A stretch of DNA of 64,000 bases from Macrostomum lignano (taxonomy: Eukaryota), in the NCBI GenBank assembly GCA_002269645.1, contig NIVC01002011.1:149505-213504 (forward strand). The letters are read 5' to 3'. The notes below the pieces were generated by a model, which was given only the letters and a program-made list of their open reading frames with translations, ran no database searches and was not told the DNA's origin. The position numbers were made by a program, and so were the translations under genes. Positions 1 through 11,781 of this stretch are shown here, piece by piece (the stretch's first letter is position 1; every line of letters begins with the position of its first letter).

Positions 1-28
1 GTCTATGTTCTAATGGTTTATTTCGTTC

Positions 29-84
29 ATCTGCACCGGTGCAGATAAATGATTTATTTGCACCGGCACAGAGTGCAAATAAAC
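29..84. repeat. Two adjacent short palindromes/hairpins (MITE-like remnant)
   Basis: Perfect 18-bp palindrome atctgcaccggtgcagat at 29-46, followed by the stem-loop tttatttgcac...gtgcaaataaa. Confidence 0.55.
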
Positions 85-210
85 GAGAACTTTATATTTT
101 AAAATGAAATCGATTCAACATGAAATTGTAACCATTTAACAATTGCACTTGTGCAACAGTCTAAGTTCCAGTGATATACGCAGAGGCTGACATGACGCAG
201 ATAACAGTGA

Positions 211-366
211 TTAGTCCTTGTTTACGAATATGATGGTCACCTTATTAGTGTCACCACAAGCCTCAATCCGCATTAGTTTGTGCGGTGTTCCTTGAACCAC
301 AGTAGTTTCACAGAAGTCCGTCCCGGTTGTAGCAGTACTGCCATCGGGTGTAGTCACAGTTGACAT
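211..366 (-). CDS. Candidate 51-aa small protein, unknown function
   Basis: ATG at 366 and TAA at 213-211 give MSTVTTPDGSTATTGTDFCETTVVQGTPHKLMRIEACGDTNKVTIIFVNKD. There is an in-frame stop just upstream and AATAAA on the minus strand at 53-58. Below the ORF-track length cutoff; no family recognised. Confidence 0.3.
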   Translation of the reverse strand: MSTVTTPDGSTATTGTDFCETTVVQGTPHKLMRIEACGDTNKVTIIFVNKD

Positions 367-923
367 GGTCCTTGTACTGATCTCACGAGTTTGACTGTCG
401 ACTTAACCGCATAGAATTGCGCTTACGGTTTTCTGCTTCGTGATAGATGGCGAGATATAGCGCTGTGTAAGCACTGAAATTGTGCTTACATCGAAGCGAA
501 AAAACAACGGCCTCCTCTCGTCTCAACCGGTTCTATCCAGCAGACCAGCTCTACACTAAAGGGCAGATAACAAAGCTGAGGTTCGAAGGCCAAGCCAGCA
601 GCCTGCGAACGCGTGACACAGTGGACTCGCAGCAATGCTTTGGGGGTGATATGGTTGCCTAACAACGGGACAGAGAAAAATGCTCGAGCGATAACCCTGC
701 CCCGCTCAAACTATGCATTGCTCTTCATTTTGTCAACTTAACCAGTTTGCTTGCTTGACTATAAAATACACTGTCTTGAACAATTTGTGGCACAGAGAGA
801 GAGTCGGAGATGTGAGCCTCACACTCATAACAGGGCCCTTGGAGGCCAGTGTGTTAGGAATTCTTTCTGACTTGTGAGCAGAAGATAACAGGAATAAAAA
901 CTGTTATACGCTGTGTTTGTTGG

Positions 924-966
924 AACCGACGTTCCTTCGATGAGTGAACTGACTTCTTCGTCAGTC
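924..966 (-). ncRNA. Degenerate Penelope-type minimal hammerhead-like motif
   Basis: Minus strand reads GA-CTGACGA-AG...C-GAA(GG)AAC-GTC-GG, i.e. a hammerhead core with a 2-nt insertion in GAAA. Confidence 0.25.
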
Positions 967-1133
967 AGATTGACAAATCTTTCGGTAGCCATTTTAACTA
1001 GCTAGCTAAGCCAAGCACTCGCGCTGTCTCTCTTCTTTTTACGAGCGCGTCTTTCATTTAGCGGTACAGTACCTAAATGCTAGTGTCTATGGCCATTTTT
1101 TCTTTTAGCTTTGTACTTTATGCTATTCAACTG

Positions 1134-1503
1134 AGGGATACATATAATATTCCCCACAATACCAAGTGTCTAGGGCAAAAATGCATTCGTGCCTCGCTTA
1201 TTGAACTCGGCTTCGCCTCGGTCAATAAACAAGTCACTCAAGCATGTATCCCCCTTTTGCCCCGGGCGAGTGTCTATGTGACGCATGTTTTCATTTATTT
1301 CCCTAGGTGAATAAATCATTTATTTCCCGCTGCCCCGCGGGCTGCTAAATTCGAGACAACAACCATAGACAACGAACGGGGGATACATATCATATTCCCC
1401 ACTCATTTAGCTGTCTAGGGCCAAAAGCACTCGGTGTCTCGATCATTGACCTCGGCTTCGCCTCGGTCAATAAACGAGACACCTCTTGCTTTTGCCCGCT
1501 AGA
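1134..1503. mobile_element. Two related hairpin MITE-like units with ctcggcttcgcctcggtcaata core
   Basis: Similar ~100-bp blocks at 1134-1230 and 1378-1503. The second folds as ctag-ggccaaaagca...ggtgtctcg...attgacc...cttcg...gtcaat...cgagacacc...tgcttttgccc-gctag. Confidence 0.6.
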
Positions 1504-1510
1504 CAACAAA

Positions 1511-3100
1511 ATAAATGGGGAATATATACCATTTACAACATTTTACTCTCGATTTTGAACAAGGAGAACTTCGAAACTGACAAACTCCTCTTCAATATTG
1601 ACACTATGGTCGGGCACTCAAAATCTACAATCAATATTGACAGATCAAGCTTCAATTTTGACAAACTCTGGTTCAATTTTGATAATGCACGTTTATAGTC
1701 AACTTCTCCTGGGAGAATTCGGTAACAAAGTAATCCAATGAAAGCCTGAACGGGGCTGAAGTGAGCTGTGCAAAATCAGCTTATTCTGACTTTGCTTTTT
1801 GGATCTACAAGTATTGATAAAATTTATTTTTCTCCATCCTTTAGACACAGAATAAAATAGCCTGACTGGTTGGGCTGCAAAGTCCGATTCTATTTTGACA
1901 GAGTTGCTTCAAAACTGACACTCTATGGTTTGTGTACCTAAAAAGTCCGCTTCATTTTTGACAACTCCGAATCAATATTGAACAGTTTACAATCGATTTT
2001 GACTAAGACATTTTTTGAAATAGATTTTAACAATTTTTACTAAGATTTCTCTCTTGAGGGGGGTACTTGCTATTTGGGAGAGGGGCTGCATGTATCTACG
2101 AGTACATGTATGGGAATCTTTCTATCCAGGGATGCTTGCTATCTGGGGGATGCTTAGTATCTGCAGGATGCTTGCTATCTGGGTGTATGCTTGCTATCTG
2201 GGGGATGCTTAGTATCTGCAGGATGCTTGCTATCTGGGTGTATGCTTGCTATCTGGGGGATGCTTAGTATCTGCAGGATGCTTGCTATCTGGGTGCATGC
2301 TTGCTATCTGGGTGTATGCTTGTTATCTGGGTGGATGCTTGCTATCTGGGGGATGCTTGCTATCTGGGTGGATGCTTGCTGTCTTGGGGTGTTAAATGAC
2401 CGGCCTTTTGCTAGAGTCTCTTGAGAGAGCAGGGACTCTAGCAAGCATCCCTGGATAGAAAGATTCCCACATGTACTCGTAGATACATGCAGCCAGTACC
2501 CCCTCTCCCAAATAGCAAGTACCCCCCCCCCCTCAAGAGAGAAATCTTAATAAAAATTGTTAAAATCTATTTCAAAAAATTTCTTAGTCAAAATCGATTG
2601 TAAACTGTTCAATATTGATTAGGAGTTGTCAAAAATGAAGCGGACTTTTTAGGTACACAAACCATAGAGTGTCAGTTTTGAAGCAACTCTGTCAAAATAG
2701 AATCGGACTTTGCAGCCCAACCAGTCAGGCTATTTTAGTTTTTGTGTCTAAAGGATGGAGAAAAATAAATTTTATCAATACTTGTAGATCCAAAAAGCAA
2801 AGTCAGAATAAGCTGATTTTGCACAGATCACTTCAGCCCCGTTCAGGCTTTCATTGCAGGATTACTTTGTTACCGAATTCTCCCAGGAGAAGTTGACTAA
2901 ACGTGCATTGTCAAAATTGAACCAGAGTTTGTCAAAATTGAAGCTTGATCTGTCAATATTGATTGTAGATTTTGAGTGCCCGACCATAGTGTCAATATTG
3001 AAGAGGAGTTTGTCAGTTTCGAAGTTCTCCTTGTTCAAAATCAATGGTAAAATGGTGTATTGCCCTAGCACTGGTATAAATGGGGAATATATACCATTTA
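1511..3100. mobile_element. Foldback element (~600-bp inverted arms) with central minisatellite, flanked by 25-bp direct repeats
   Basis: Arms at ~1539-2141 and ~2439-3054 are near-perfect reverse complements; the same peptide appears in ORF 1486..1698(+) and 2862..3071(-). ataaatggggaatatataccattta occurs at 1511-1535 and 3076-3100. Confidence 0.85.
2129..2390. repeat. ~17-18-bp minisatellite (gatgcttgctatctggg) in the foldback centre
   Basis: About 15 tandem variant units, derived from the inner end of the foldback arm. Confidence 0.9.
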
Positions 3101-3759
3101 TCTAACTGTAGCGAAACTACAAGTTTCTAGATTCTTGAGTCAATGTTGATTTGTATTTGCTTTGCGAGTAACGATAAAAAAAGGTTGGGGCACATACATG
3201 CACTGCAAGAAGCCGAGAACGAAGTGTAAAAGGAAATAGTCTATCAGAAAATAATGACTGGTGTATAGCGTATGGGTTTCACAAACTCGACTAGAGAGAC
3301 AAATTGAGTCGCAAATAAAAAGTACAACGAAATATCTATACAGTGCAGATGGTGCAGCTAGCAGATGAGAACGCTCCGGTCGTTGTGCTTCAGCGATACT
3401 CAACAGATCGACCGAGTTGATGTGGCAGCGACTACGTCAGCTGTTGCAATTTGGAAACGTAGTCTTCCACTGAAATTCAGACAGTCGAGAAAGGGTATCA
3501 GCTATTACGTTGTCTTGTCTGCACCGCGAATGTACTGCAGGACATCTGCCACGTTACTCGGACAAGACAGTATTAGTGTTGTGGTGCGATTGGCGTGGAA
3601 GGCCTGAGCTAGGGGTTTATGATCTGTGAACAAGCTCACGCTCAGTCAAGGCACGCATCAGTCTTAGGACGACCACAACACAGCTGAAGCGGCCCCTGCT
3701 GCGGGGCAGCCGCACGTCGAAGCCATGCAGCGGCCCGCCGCCGGCAAAGTCAGCCGCCC

Positions 3760-4900
3760 AGACTATGGAACCTATTTTCCCGATTACCCCACTTTCCAGT
3801 CGTCAAGAACGAGCGTTCGCACTCAACGAATATCCGCCCCGTCGTCGATGCCTCCGCCAGGACCTCTCTCACCGGTGCTACACTGAACAACTTCCTCGAG
3901 CCCGGGCCCAACCTGTTAAACTCGCTACAAAAGGTCCTACTCGTCCATCGGAGCCATCGCTTCGCCATCACGTCCGATCTCAAGGCCCCATTCTACCAAA
4001 TCGGTGTCAACGCGCCTCACAGTGACGCCCTCCGTGTCATCCTCCCGTATACATCACAAAACCACTCGTCCAGGGCAACTTCGAGATCTGGCGCTTCACT
4101 TGCATAGTCATGGGTGCCTCGCCCAGTCCTTGGATCCTGCTCGCAGTCCTTCATAAAGTTTGTCGGGACGCTATTATATCCGAGGATTCGGCCCTCATTC
4201 GCCTTGAAATACAGCGCATTATCGGCGGCCTCTACATCGACAACCTCGTCGTCGGTGCCAAAATTGAAGACGACTCTGCCCGCCTCGTCTACGGTCTCCG
4301 CGAGCTTCGCCAGCAACCTCCCTGTCTGCCCGACGAACAAAGCATCACAGGCAATTTTGTCGGCCTCTTGGGCCTATACCAACCTTCGACAAAATCTCAC
4401 TCAAAAAGCCCAATTTGTCGCGTCCCGAAGAGCTGACTTGCCGCACACTCTGTCGAGGTGTCTACACCTCCTACGATCCGGTCGACTACTGCATCACTCA
4501 TCCTTGCTGGTCGTCTTCTGTACCGTCAGGCCTTCCAGGTCTCCACTTCCTGGGACGAGGCGGCCAGCCAGGTGACCCGCGATGCTTGGGCAAAGCTCTG
4601 ATCTGCCCGATCTCCTCCGGCTCAACGAGATCGCCGCGTCCCCCACTTTGCTATTCAAAACGCCAGCCAGTCGGTACGCATCGTCATGCTCTCCTAGTGC
4701 TTACGGCTTCGCTGTCTACGTCCGGCAGGAACTCAGATCACCTGCGCCTCTCCTCTTCGCCAAGGCCCGCCTCGCCCCCGTCGCCAAGAAAGGCACCCGC
4801 GCTGCATCGGCTATCAAAGCCTACAACCGTTGGCCTTTCCAACGGCAGGCGTTGCGTTGGCCGGGCCAATGGAACAACTACCCCACCCGTCCGCTGGCTC
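3760..4900 (+). mobile_element. BEL/Pao LTR retrotransposon pol fragment (RT and RNase H), frameshifted
   Basis: Peptides VDASARTSLTGATLNNFLEPGPNLLNSLQKVLL, TSDLKAPFYQIGV, MGASPSPWIL, LYIDNLVVG and SAYGFAVYVR...LLFAKARLAPV are BEL/Pao hallmarks. Confidence 0.85.
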
Positions 4901-5759
4901 GCCCACCTGTCCGGTTGTCGGTCCGGCCTCCAACCTCACCGCTCGTGACTTCCGTGCCCTCCACCGTCAGAAAATCCGTGACGGCATCTTCGATGCCTGA
5001 TGCCCCGTGCACCTGCGCTTGTACTGTTGCATTAACCTAAACCTACGTTTGTTCAGAATAGACAACTGCTACGGGCTCACTTGCTAGTCCCCTCCGCCTC
5101 TGTTACCCCCCCCATCCTGCTACTATTGTACTTTGTTTTGCAAAAAAGCCTCATACTTTTTAGTTAGCCGACTCCCTTCGTCTCCCATGCTCTTCCCCAC
5201 AGATGTCGAGTATCTGCGTGCATGCACTCAGTGAGCATTGACTCATGTTTAAACTCTCATTATTTTTTTATTATTTTTAATGCTGGCTTGGCACGTTGGG
5301 TTCGAGTTATTTACAATTCGTGCAGGTTCAAATTATGTCATCGTTCACCTGCACGTAGCATCGCTTTACAATAAATTCGGACAAAAGAGCCGCGATAGCT
5401 GTCACGATTCTTCTACCCATTTTAAACAAGCAGCATAGCTTATCTATCACAATAGACCATCCCAACCGTTCATTTATTACAGTATTGCAGTTACCCTGTT
5501 CGTTATGTTAGCATAAATACAAGTTCGACTCGCGGCTTGAGCCCTTCACTTCGTTTTATTCCGTCCCCTTCTCTGCTAACCGTTCGCAATAAACTTATTC
5601 AATATTAGTTAATGGGCCCTGCGCCCACTTCTGCTCGTTTTAGTCTTACTATTCAATTTAACTCTTATTTAAATATTCTTTAGTTTAGGTCTATTTAATC
5701 ATAGATACGGAAATCAGGCTTGCGAGACTGAAAATTTTGTCTATGGTCGACACTCGTTG

Positions 5760-6236
5760 GCATAGCAGAGTTCAATTTAATCCTGGGGGCATCAGTTTGA
5801 TCATTATAATCATATAACGTTAGATATTCTGTGTTGAAACGAAATTCGCTTCCTCTGCAACCCTCTGTAGGACAAGGATTCGCCACTCTTGTAGCGAATG
5901 ACCATCAGGCGGAGTGTCCAGCTCTTCTTGCAGTTGGGGTTGAGCCAGCTGGCGTTTGATGGCTGCCTTCAGGCAGGCGTGCGCGTTCTCCACAGGATTA
6001 AGGAACTACGAGTAAGGAGGCAATGTCACCAGGCGCCAAACGGGCTAAAATTTATCTGGGATTGTCACTCCATGATGAAAACGGGCTCCATCTACGATCA
6101 CACAGAACTCCTCGCCATCAGGTACATCACCACGACTCGTCACGCTTTGCACCAGATCATTGATGAACGTCTGGAACCTGGATGCCATCATAGTCTCTCC
6201 GAGGATCATATGATGTAAAAGACAAGCTAAAAACAA
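5760..6236 (-). mobile_element. Tc1/mariner-IS630 (DDE_3) transposase C-terminal remnant
   Basis: FCVIVDGARFHH followed by LVTLPPYS*FLNPVENAHACLKAAIKR, matching the DNARFH / LPPYSPFLNPIE motif; contains stops. Confidence 0.75.
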
Positions 6237-6301
6237 GTTACCATGACAGTAAAAATGTGCATTGAGTGCATAGAATGATCAAATTGATGCCCCCAGGATT
6301 A

Positions 6302-8130
6302 TTCTGCAGTGGTTGGCTGCAGAACAAGGCTGCGGAAGTGCTATACAGCTATGTATGCCACAAGTCGAACTTTCTGTACGTCGAACTTGCTGTTCGTCGA
6401 ACTTGCTGTACGTCGAACTTGCTGTACAACTTCTTGCTGAACATGCCAAGAGGTGACGTTCTGGTTGAAAAGGTTTGATGCAGAACGGCACCAACACAGC
6501 CCGCTGAGGCATCAGTGTACAGGTGGTACGCAGTGCAGTTTGGATCCGGATAATGCAGCAATAATCTCTCTGAGAGAACTTGTTTGACGTTTTCAAAAGA
6601 GTTTATGTGCTGCTCTGTCAATTGGAAGTTTCCTGCTGACTAGTGATGCAGTGAGTAGGTCTTGCAGCGGACAGATGCGGTCAGCGAAGTTTGAAACGAA
6701 TCGGCGATGGAGACCGACGACTCCGAGGAAGCGCCGAAGTGCATTTGAATCAGTGGGTGTCGGCCAGTTAGTGATTATTTGAATCTAATTCTGGAGAGGT
6801 CTTATTCCTTCTGGAGTCACGCGGTGGCCGAGGAAATCTACCTCAGATTGAAAGAACTCGCATTTCTTCAGGTGAACCTGCAGTCCGTGTGTTCGTAGGC
6901 GGTCTAAAACTTGTTCCAAATGCGAGTAGTGGTCTTCCTAGTATTCGAGGAGATCAAGACATCATCGATGCAAGAGATGACGAATGACAGTCCGTCAAAA
7001 AAACAGAGTCGATGAAGCGTTGGAATGTTTGCGCTGCATTTCGCTGGCCGAAGGGCATTTGAGTGTACTTAAACAATCCAAACGGTGTGGTGATAGCGGT
7101 TTCGCAGATATCTTCTTCTACGAGTGGAATTTGATGAAAGGCGCGAACGAGGTCCAACTTTGAAAACACAGTGCTTCCGTAGGTACGTAGTGAAGGTTTG
7201 AAATTGTGGAACCGGATAGTTGTCCGGATTTGTTGGTTTGTTCAGTTCGCGATAGTCACCGCATTGACGCCAGCCCTTGGGTGCCATGTGGAGGGGTGAC
7301 GACCAAGCGCTTGAGGATGATCTGAGGTAGCCTGCATCGATTAGTTGCTAGAACTTCTGCTTTGTAGCCTGCATTTTTGCAGGGTGCAGTTGCCGGGGTC
7401 GCAAGTGAACCGGTTGTCCACTACCAGTGTCTAGCCGGTGAACAGTGTCGTGCTTGACCTCTGAAGCTGGCGGAGGGGCTCTGCCTTCAACTAAAAAAAA
7501 CAATCTGCAACAATTTGTGAACAGCGTACTCGTCCGAGAATCCAGGTTGGGTGGCAGTCCAACCGATACAGTGAATGGGCTACAATGAACATTTGAAATT
7601 GACCAGGTAACAGTAGATAATCCCGTTTCTGAGTCTAAATCGTGTTTGCGCCGGCAATAGACAACTAATCCATGGTGAGCCAAGAAGTGGTAACCAATGA
7701 TGGATTTTACCACTGAGGCCACGAGAAAGGTCCACCAGAAGGCGCGACGCAAACTGCGGATTGAGACATCCAGCAGGACCGACCCGCGAACTGGTATGGT
7801 GGCTCCGGTAGTAGTAATTAAACGAACGTTTGTATCTTGAACAAGTGCATTAAATAGTTGAGGTGAAACGATGTAAACCGAGGCTCAAGTGTCCACGAGA
7901 AACTTGTTGTAGGTTTTGTTTCTTTTAACGTCCAACTCCAAACTGGTGGTTGATGTTGTCTCGGCACTGCGTACCGCGACCACGGTTGCAGTGCAACTTT
8001 GTTTTCCGACTGTCGAGAACGCGATTGAGATGGCGCATTTTCGTTGGGATGCAGCACTCGAATCGGACGCGAGCTGTCCTTAGAAAACTGGCACCAGGTG
8101 CGACACGACCGAGCATGGCGGCCATAGGGT
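6302..8130 (-). mobile_element. Degenerate Ty3/Gypsy retrotransposon (gag, protease, RT, RNase H; no integrase or LTR pair seen)
   Basis: RT motifs [12 protein letters not shown] and [14 protein letters not shown]...[27 protein letters not shown]; RNase H LYTDASAGCVGAVLHQ...PLGMFSKKL; protease and gag remnants at 7800-8130; many frameshifts. Confidence 0.9.
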
Positions 8131-9011
8131 CTTCTTTAAGTTTATGCTGATAAATTTGTCGTAACCAGGGTCGGTCTGAGGGCCCAGTCCCGAGTACAAT
8201 ATAGGTTACATACATGTAATATAACAAGCGTAGTGACGCTCTGTCTAGTACTTATATGGATGCAAGCAGGCGTGACGACGCTCTGCGATAATAGGTTGCT
8301 CCGTCTGGTGTTGTGACACTCAGAGTTCGCGCTGCGGCTCGGTGTGGTGACACTCTCAAGTGCTTTTACAGTGGGTATATAGTATAAGTAGAGGTACAGT
8401 TTGGTACGAGCTATATGCTCCCGGCGTTATGACGCTCTGGCAAGAACTCCCTGCAGCCTAACAAGCTCCCCATAAAAGAATGAACTCAAGCAATTGGCTT
8501 ACCAGTGGCCAAATTACTGTTCGCACGTTTATTGATTTTGCTCGTAGGTCTCAAGCGCAGCTCGACTGACTTTTCAATTGGGGCTAAGTGACTAATGTTA
8601 ACCTTCCCAGATCGCTCGCAGTTTCTTTGATTTAGGTTGGCTAATTTCGCTGTTTCTTACTTGGTAACTTGAGTCAAGTCTCGCTTGCAATCTCGGAGCG
8701 CAACAAAAATCAACAAACGCAGGGCGAGGGCAAAACCCAGAGTCACGCAATAAATACTAACCAAACCCTGGGGCAGACGGCCCCATCGGCTAAGCCCCCA
8801 AAACGAGCAAACTACAAAAAAATAGAGACTGGCCGCGCGCCGGCCAGCTAATCAAAACCCCGCCAAGGGGGGGGGGGGTTGCACCCGCGCCAAAGCCCGC
8901 CCGGCCGAAGCCAACCAGCCCTGAGCACGGGGCAGGGGGCACGGCTGAGGAGGGGCACGAGCAAAGCACGGCCGCCTCATGCATGGTGGGTTCAGCACGC
9001 CTGTGTAGCAC

Positions 9012-10590
9012 GAGACAGACCAGGCCTACGAGCTACGAGGCCTACGAGGCCTACGAGCCTACACCTGCACCCCCTCTATTCTGGTGCAGGAATGGTAGGA
9101 GAACTCTCTCCAAGCTGACTCACAAGCCGACCCAGGGGTTTACGCCCCGCATGTGTTCAAGGCAGCTCTAGGGCTGCTGGACTGACTGGGCTCCGGCGGC
9201 AGCAACCCATCCGTGGCCTGTTGGCCAAGTTGGGTACGGGCTCCGCCCGGAAGTGAACCTGTCCGTATCAGGTACCACTGGCCACCAATACTGAGTTTCG
9301 CAACATTGGTGGAACCCCCACCTTTGACAACGGGCGATGGACGGAGGCCCTCGACGTTACCCTCGTCTCCCATGGCTTGACTCCTTTAGTCAAGGACTGG
9401 GAGGTTTGGGACGAAGAGGAATCTCTGTCTGACCTTGCAGACTTGCTCAGCAAGACCGTCCTGACAGCCCATGAGGCTTCCTGTCCTCTTAAAGCCTACA
9501 AAGGCAAAAAATCCGCCCCCTGGTGGCACCCGGCGCTTGGATCCCTCTGGCGCAAGGCAAAGTGCCTCCAACGGAAAGCTCGCAAGAGCAAGGACCCAGC
9601 TGACCTGGCCGCCTACCAAGAAGCGATCCGCGACTTTAAGCGTGAAACCAGGAAAGCCAAGTCCGACAAATGGCGCCAATACTGCGCGGAGTTAGAAGGC
9701 ACCCGCACTTCGCGCGTAGTTAAGGCTCTCACCCTCGACAAAATGTCAAAGCTCTCAGTCATTAAAAGACCGGACGGCCGGCTCGCTGAGAACCCTGGGG
9801 AATCGCTGGACATTATGCTCACCAGCTCTTTTTTCCCACGTGCCGCACCGCAGCTAGGCCCACCGGACCACTCTCCGGGCGGACAGATCCTGGCTTCGAC
9901 AATCATCACTAGAGAAAGGACGGCTCGCGTCGCAAAATCCTTCTCTCCTTTCAAGTCTTCGGGTCCTGACAACATTTATCCTGCCTTCCTTCATGAGGCA
10001 GTTAAAAATGACAGGCTTCTCGGCCAACTCTGCAACCTCTTTAAGGCCAGCATTACTCTCGGGTACGTGCCTAAAGCCTGGCAAGAGGCTACGGTAGTCT
10101 TCCTACCCAAGCCAGGGAAGGGAGACTATCACTCTGCCAAAGCTTACCGCCCTATCAGTCTGACGTCTTTCTTCCTCAAACTGATGGAACGGCTGGTGCT
10201 CTGGCGCCATCTCCTCGTAGAGCTGAGGAACTCCCCGCTCTCCCCTAATCAGCACGCCTTTCGTCCTGGACGCTCCATCGAAAGTGCGCTGCACGCAATT
10301 GTCGACAAGCTGGAGCGCGCCGTACTTTGCAGTGGATACGCGCTGTCGCTTTTCCTCGACATTGATGGTGCTTTTAATAATGTGCTCTTTGATGCCTTTA
10401 AGCGGGCCCTGGAATCCCGGGGCAGGCACGAGCACCTCACTCGCTGGATCATGTACATGGTCTCCCATCGTACTGCCACCTCCTGGGACACTCGCGCTCC
10501 GTGGAAGTCTAGAAAGGCGGAGGTGCAATACTCAGCCCGATCCTCTGGAATTCAGTCATGAACGAGCTGCTTGTTACAAAGAGTAAATAG
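9012..10590 (+). mobile_element. LOA/R1-group non-LTR retrotransposon, internally deleted and 3'-truncated
   Basis: Leader homologous to 36226-36500, endonuclease tail (IGGTPTFDNGRWTEALDVT), then RT ORF 9377..10561 (KSSGPDNI, YRPISLTSFFLKLMERL, NQHAFRPGRS, FLDIDGAFNNV). Confidence 0.85.
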
Positions 10591-10779
10591 CTAACGTTGG
10601 CTCACCATTATTATTGTAGTAGCAGGTTAGTGAACACATTAGTAGATGCAGTTATAGAATTAGTGCAGATATTTATTGTTATTGATTATTTACATAATTA
10701 ATTATTCGGCATGTAGATCATTCTATGTAATGACCTGCGAATTCAATGTATGACCTGTGGATGAGCCTACGAGCAAGTT

Positions 10780-11400
10780 GTGAAATCCTGGTATTGCGGA
10801 AATCCTTCTCAATGTGTTGAGTTTGGCAATGGTGTTGCCAGCCCGGAGAAGTGTTGCTTTAAATTTGGCTCCTTGTCGAGAGTGACACCCAGGAAGGTTG
10901 CAGAGTCACAGTACTGGATGTCATCCTTGCCTAATTTGAGCGAAGGCTTTTCAGGGCCTGCAATGCGATCACCTTTGTGTTTGAAGAAAGAGACTGCCTT
11001 TCCGTTGGTCGGGTTGGAGATGCCCAGCCATTTATTCAAAATTATGAAGTTACCCATTGAGTCTTTTGGCAGACATACGGGACTTTCTGGCCAAAGCCCA
11101 GACAGCAAGATCGTCTGAGATATGGCTAAATTTGACCCTATTGTCCAGAGGCCTTGGAATCGAGCTGACGTAGACAATGACGAGGAGGGGGACAGCACGC
11201 CGCCCTGAGAGACGCCAGCTGCTGGCTTAAGGAATATCGCATTCAAGGAATCGCCTAAGATAATTATGTCAGACTCCGTCAAAGGCACCCTTGACGTCAG
11301 GAAGACGCCAATGGTGTAGTTCTTAAGTTGGAGCATCTTCAGAACATCGTCTGTGACGCGTACAATGTTGTCAAACGTATAGTGGTCTTGTCTGTACGCG
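10780..11400 (-). mobile_element. Jockey/I-like non-LTR RT fragment
   Basis: DNIVRVTDDVLKMLQLKNYTIGVFL, GVSQGGVLSP and YCDSATFLGVTLDK in ORF 10809..11336. Confidence 0.7.
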
Positions 11401-11494
11401 CATTGGTCTTTATTTATAATTCATTTATTTTTAAGTATGCTTCGCAGGCAACTAAACTTCTCATAAATTTTTCACAGGAATGAGGTTGAACTTT

Positions 11495-11580
11495 TTGCAG
11501 GCAATCACTTTTCCAACGACTGCCCGAATGACACGGGCTTCAAGTGTGTCAACTGTGGCCTGGATTATCCAGCACAAGCT
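11495..11580 (+). mobile_element. Non-LTR ORF1 zinc-knuckle remnant
   Basis: FAGNHFSNDCPNDTGFKCVNCGLDYPA resembles tandem CCHC knuckles of ORF1 proteins. Confidence 0.5.
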
Positions 11581-11781
11581 CTTTTAAATGAGGAAAATTT
11601 ACATTGCAAATCAAATGGCCACAGAACGCGAGCACAATACAGTCCTAGAACTCAAAAATAAATCTGGGGGAATTTAGTCAGGGGGAATTTAGACAAGGAC
11701 TGGGACTGCAGGAGACCTTCCCCGTGTATCATGCTAGTGTGGCGGCGATGGCCGGGGCTGTTGCCCCCAGGACCCCAAGAA

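Noticed and set aside
660-975. Solo LTR suggested by TATAAAA (~760), AATAAA (~893) and a terminal tgaca
   Set aside because: No defined 5' end or TSD; the hammerhead-like motif points instead to a Penelope-like remnant.
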